Shown here: piece by piece, positions 44,067-45,350 of the stretch
Position numbering within the stretch: position 1 is the first letter of the stretch
How the letters are laid out: every line of letters starts with the position of its first letter
Virus record (IMG/VR): IMGVR_UViG_2541047917_000003
Origin: a virus
Lineage: Duplodnaviria > Heunggongvirae > Uroviricota > Caudoviricetes
Length of the DNA stretch: 45,350 bases
Strand: one strand, 5' to 3'
Made by a program: the position numbers and the translations under genes
The notes under the pieces: model-generated
The model's database searches: none
What the model was told of the DNA's origin: nothing
What the model saw: only the letters and a program-made list of their open reading frames with translations

Positions 44067-45350
44067 GTGTACACATTTTCAGTTTCCCGTCTGGCGCTGG
44101 CATTGGCTTTTGGCGTGACGCTGACCGCCTGTAGCTCAACCCCGCCCGATCAACGTCCTTCTGATCAAACCGCGCCTGGTACCTCTTCTCGCCCGATTCT
44201 GTCGGCAAAAGAAGCGCAGAATTTCGATGCTCAACACTATTTTGCATCCCTGACACCAGGTGCTGCAGCGTGGAATCCTTCCCCGATTACCCTGCCTGCG
44301 CAACCTGACTTTGTTGTCGGCCCGGCGGGCACTCAAGGTGTAACGCATACCACGATTCAGGCGGCGGTAGATGCGGCAATTATCAAGCGTACCAACAAGC
44401 GCCAGTATATTGCCGTGATGCCTGGTGAGTATCAGGGAACGGTATATGTCCCTGCCGCTCCGGGTGGAATTACTCTGTACGGTACAGGTGAAAAACCGAT
44501 TGATGTGAAGATTGGGCTTTCCCTTGATGGTGGCATGAGCCCTGCCGACTGGCGTCACGACGTCAACCCGCGCGGCAAATATATGCCAGGTAAACCAGCG
44601 TGGTATATGTACGATAGCTGCCAGAGCAAACGCAGCGACAGTATCGGTGTTCTCTGCTCTGCGGTCTTCTGGTCACAAAACAATGGCCTGCAACTGCAAA
44701 ATCTGACCATCGAAAACACGCTGGGCGATAGCGTAGATGCAGGTAACCATCCGGCGGTGGCACTGCGTACTGATGGTGACCAGGTACAGATTAACAACGT
44801 TAACATTCTCGGTCGTCAGAACACCTTCTTTGTCACCAACAGCGGTGTGCAGAACCGTCTGGAAACGAATCGTCAGCCGCGTACGCTGGTGACCAACAGC
44901 TACATTGAAGGGGATGTGGATATCGTTTCTGGTCGCGGCGCAGTGGTGTTCGATAACACCGAATTCCGCGTGGTGAACTCACGTACTCAGCAAGAAGCGT
45001 ATGTGTTTGCACCGGCTACGCTGTCCAACATTTACTACGGTTTCCTCGCCGTAAACAGCCGTTTCAATGCTTTCGGTGATGGTGTGGCGCAACTGGGCCG
45101 CTCGCTGGATGTTGATGCCAATACCAACGGTCAGGTGGTGATCCGTGATAGCGCCATCAACGAAGGTTTTAACACGGCTAAACCGTGGGCCGATGCGGTG
45201 ATCTCTAATCGTCCGTTTGCGGGTAATACCGGCAGCGTAGATGATAACGACGAAATACAGCGCAATCTGAATGACACTAACTACAACCGCATGTGGGAAT
45301 ACAATAACCGCGGCGTGGGTAGTAAAGTGGTTGCAGAGGCGAAGAAGTAA
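44067..45350 (+). CDS. ybhC: Host lipoprotein YbhC (pectinesterase-like / acyl-CoA thioesterase family)
   Basis: 427-aa ORF with GTG start, lipoprotein signal (LALAFGVTLTACSS); E. coli gene flanking lambda attB. Confidence 0.9.
   Translation: MYTFSVSRLALALAFGVTLTACSSTPPDQRPSDQTAPGTSSRPILSAKEAQNFDAQHYFASLTPGAAAWNPSPITLPAQPDFVVGPAGTQGVTHTTIQAAVDAAIIKRTNKRQYIAVMPGEYQGTVYVPAAPGGITLYGTGEKPIDVKIGLSLDGGMSPADWRHDVNPRGKYMPGKPAWYMYDSCQSKRSDSIGVLCSAVFWSQNNGLQLQNLTIENTLGDSVDAGNHPAVALRTDGDQVQINNVNILGRQNTFFVTNSGVQNRLETNRQPRTLVTNSYIEGDVDIVSGRGAVVFDNTEFRVVNSRTQQEAYVFAPATLSNIYYGFLAVNSRFNAFGDGVAQLGRSLDVDANTNGQVVIRDSAINEGFNTAKPWADAVISNRPFAGNTGSVDDNDEIQRNLNDTNYNRMWEYNNRGVGSKVVAEAKK

Overview
The 45.3-kb window is essentially one lambdoid prophage integrated at the E. 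coli lambda attB site, in reverse-complement orientation relative to the lambda map. The int-proximal junction is attL (core GCTTTTTTATACTAA at 44006-44020) with host ybhC at 44067-45350. Positions 1-18813 are a tail and head gene set collinear with phage lambda (J, I, K, L, M, H, T/G, V, U, Z, FII, FI, E, D, C/Nu3, B, W, A, Nu1), followed by cos (~18991-19002). The late/lysis region is not lambda-type: KilA-N gene, Rz/Rz1, SAR endolysin, pinholin with MKSM dual start, a convergent OmpC-family porin gene and a phage-21/DLP12-type Q. Then come a nin region (rusA, ninE, Dam-like MTase, ninB, ren), P, and O split by a 1954-bp IS21-family (IS100-like) element. The immunity region is chimeric and heteroimmune (cII, cro, cI, N with non-lambda operators and nut sites), followed by sieB-like, ral, ea10, cIII, kil, gam, bet, exo, exo-xis accessory genes, xis and int. 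Most interesting: (1) a two-gene cassette in the rexA-rexB slot after cI (283-aa AT-rich protein plus 163-aa four-TM membrane protein) with no similarity I can recognise to RexAB, a candidate lysogen-expressed exclusion/abortive-infection module; (2) a TGT-fold (DpdA-like) protein plus a MazG-like DUF550/DUF551 protein replacing ea22 in the exo-xis region; (3) two inactivating lesions, an in-frame amber codon in L and the IS in O, so the prophage is probably defective while keeping its lysogen-expressed accessory genes. All calls rest on reading the sequence and the ORF track plus recalled protein families; no database search was run.
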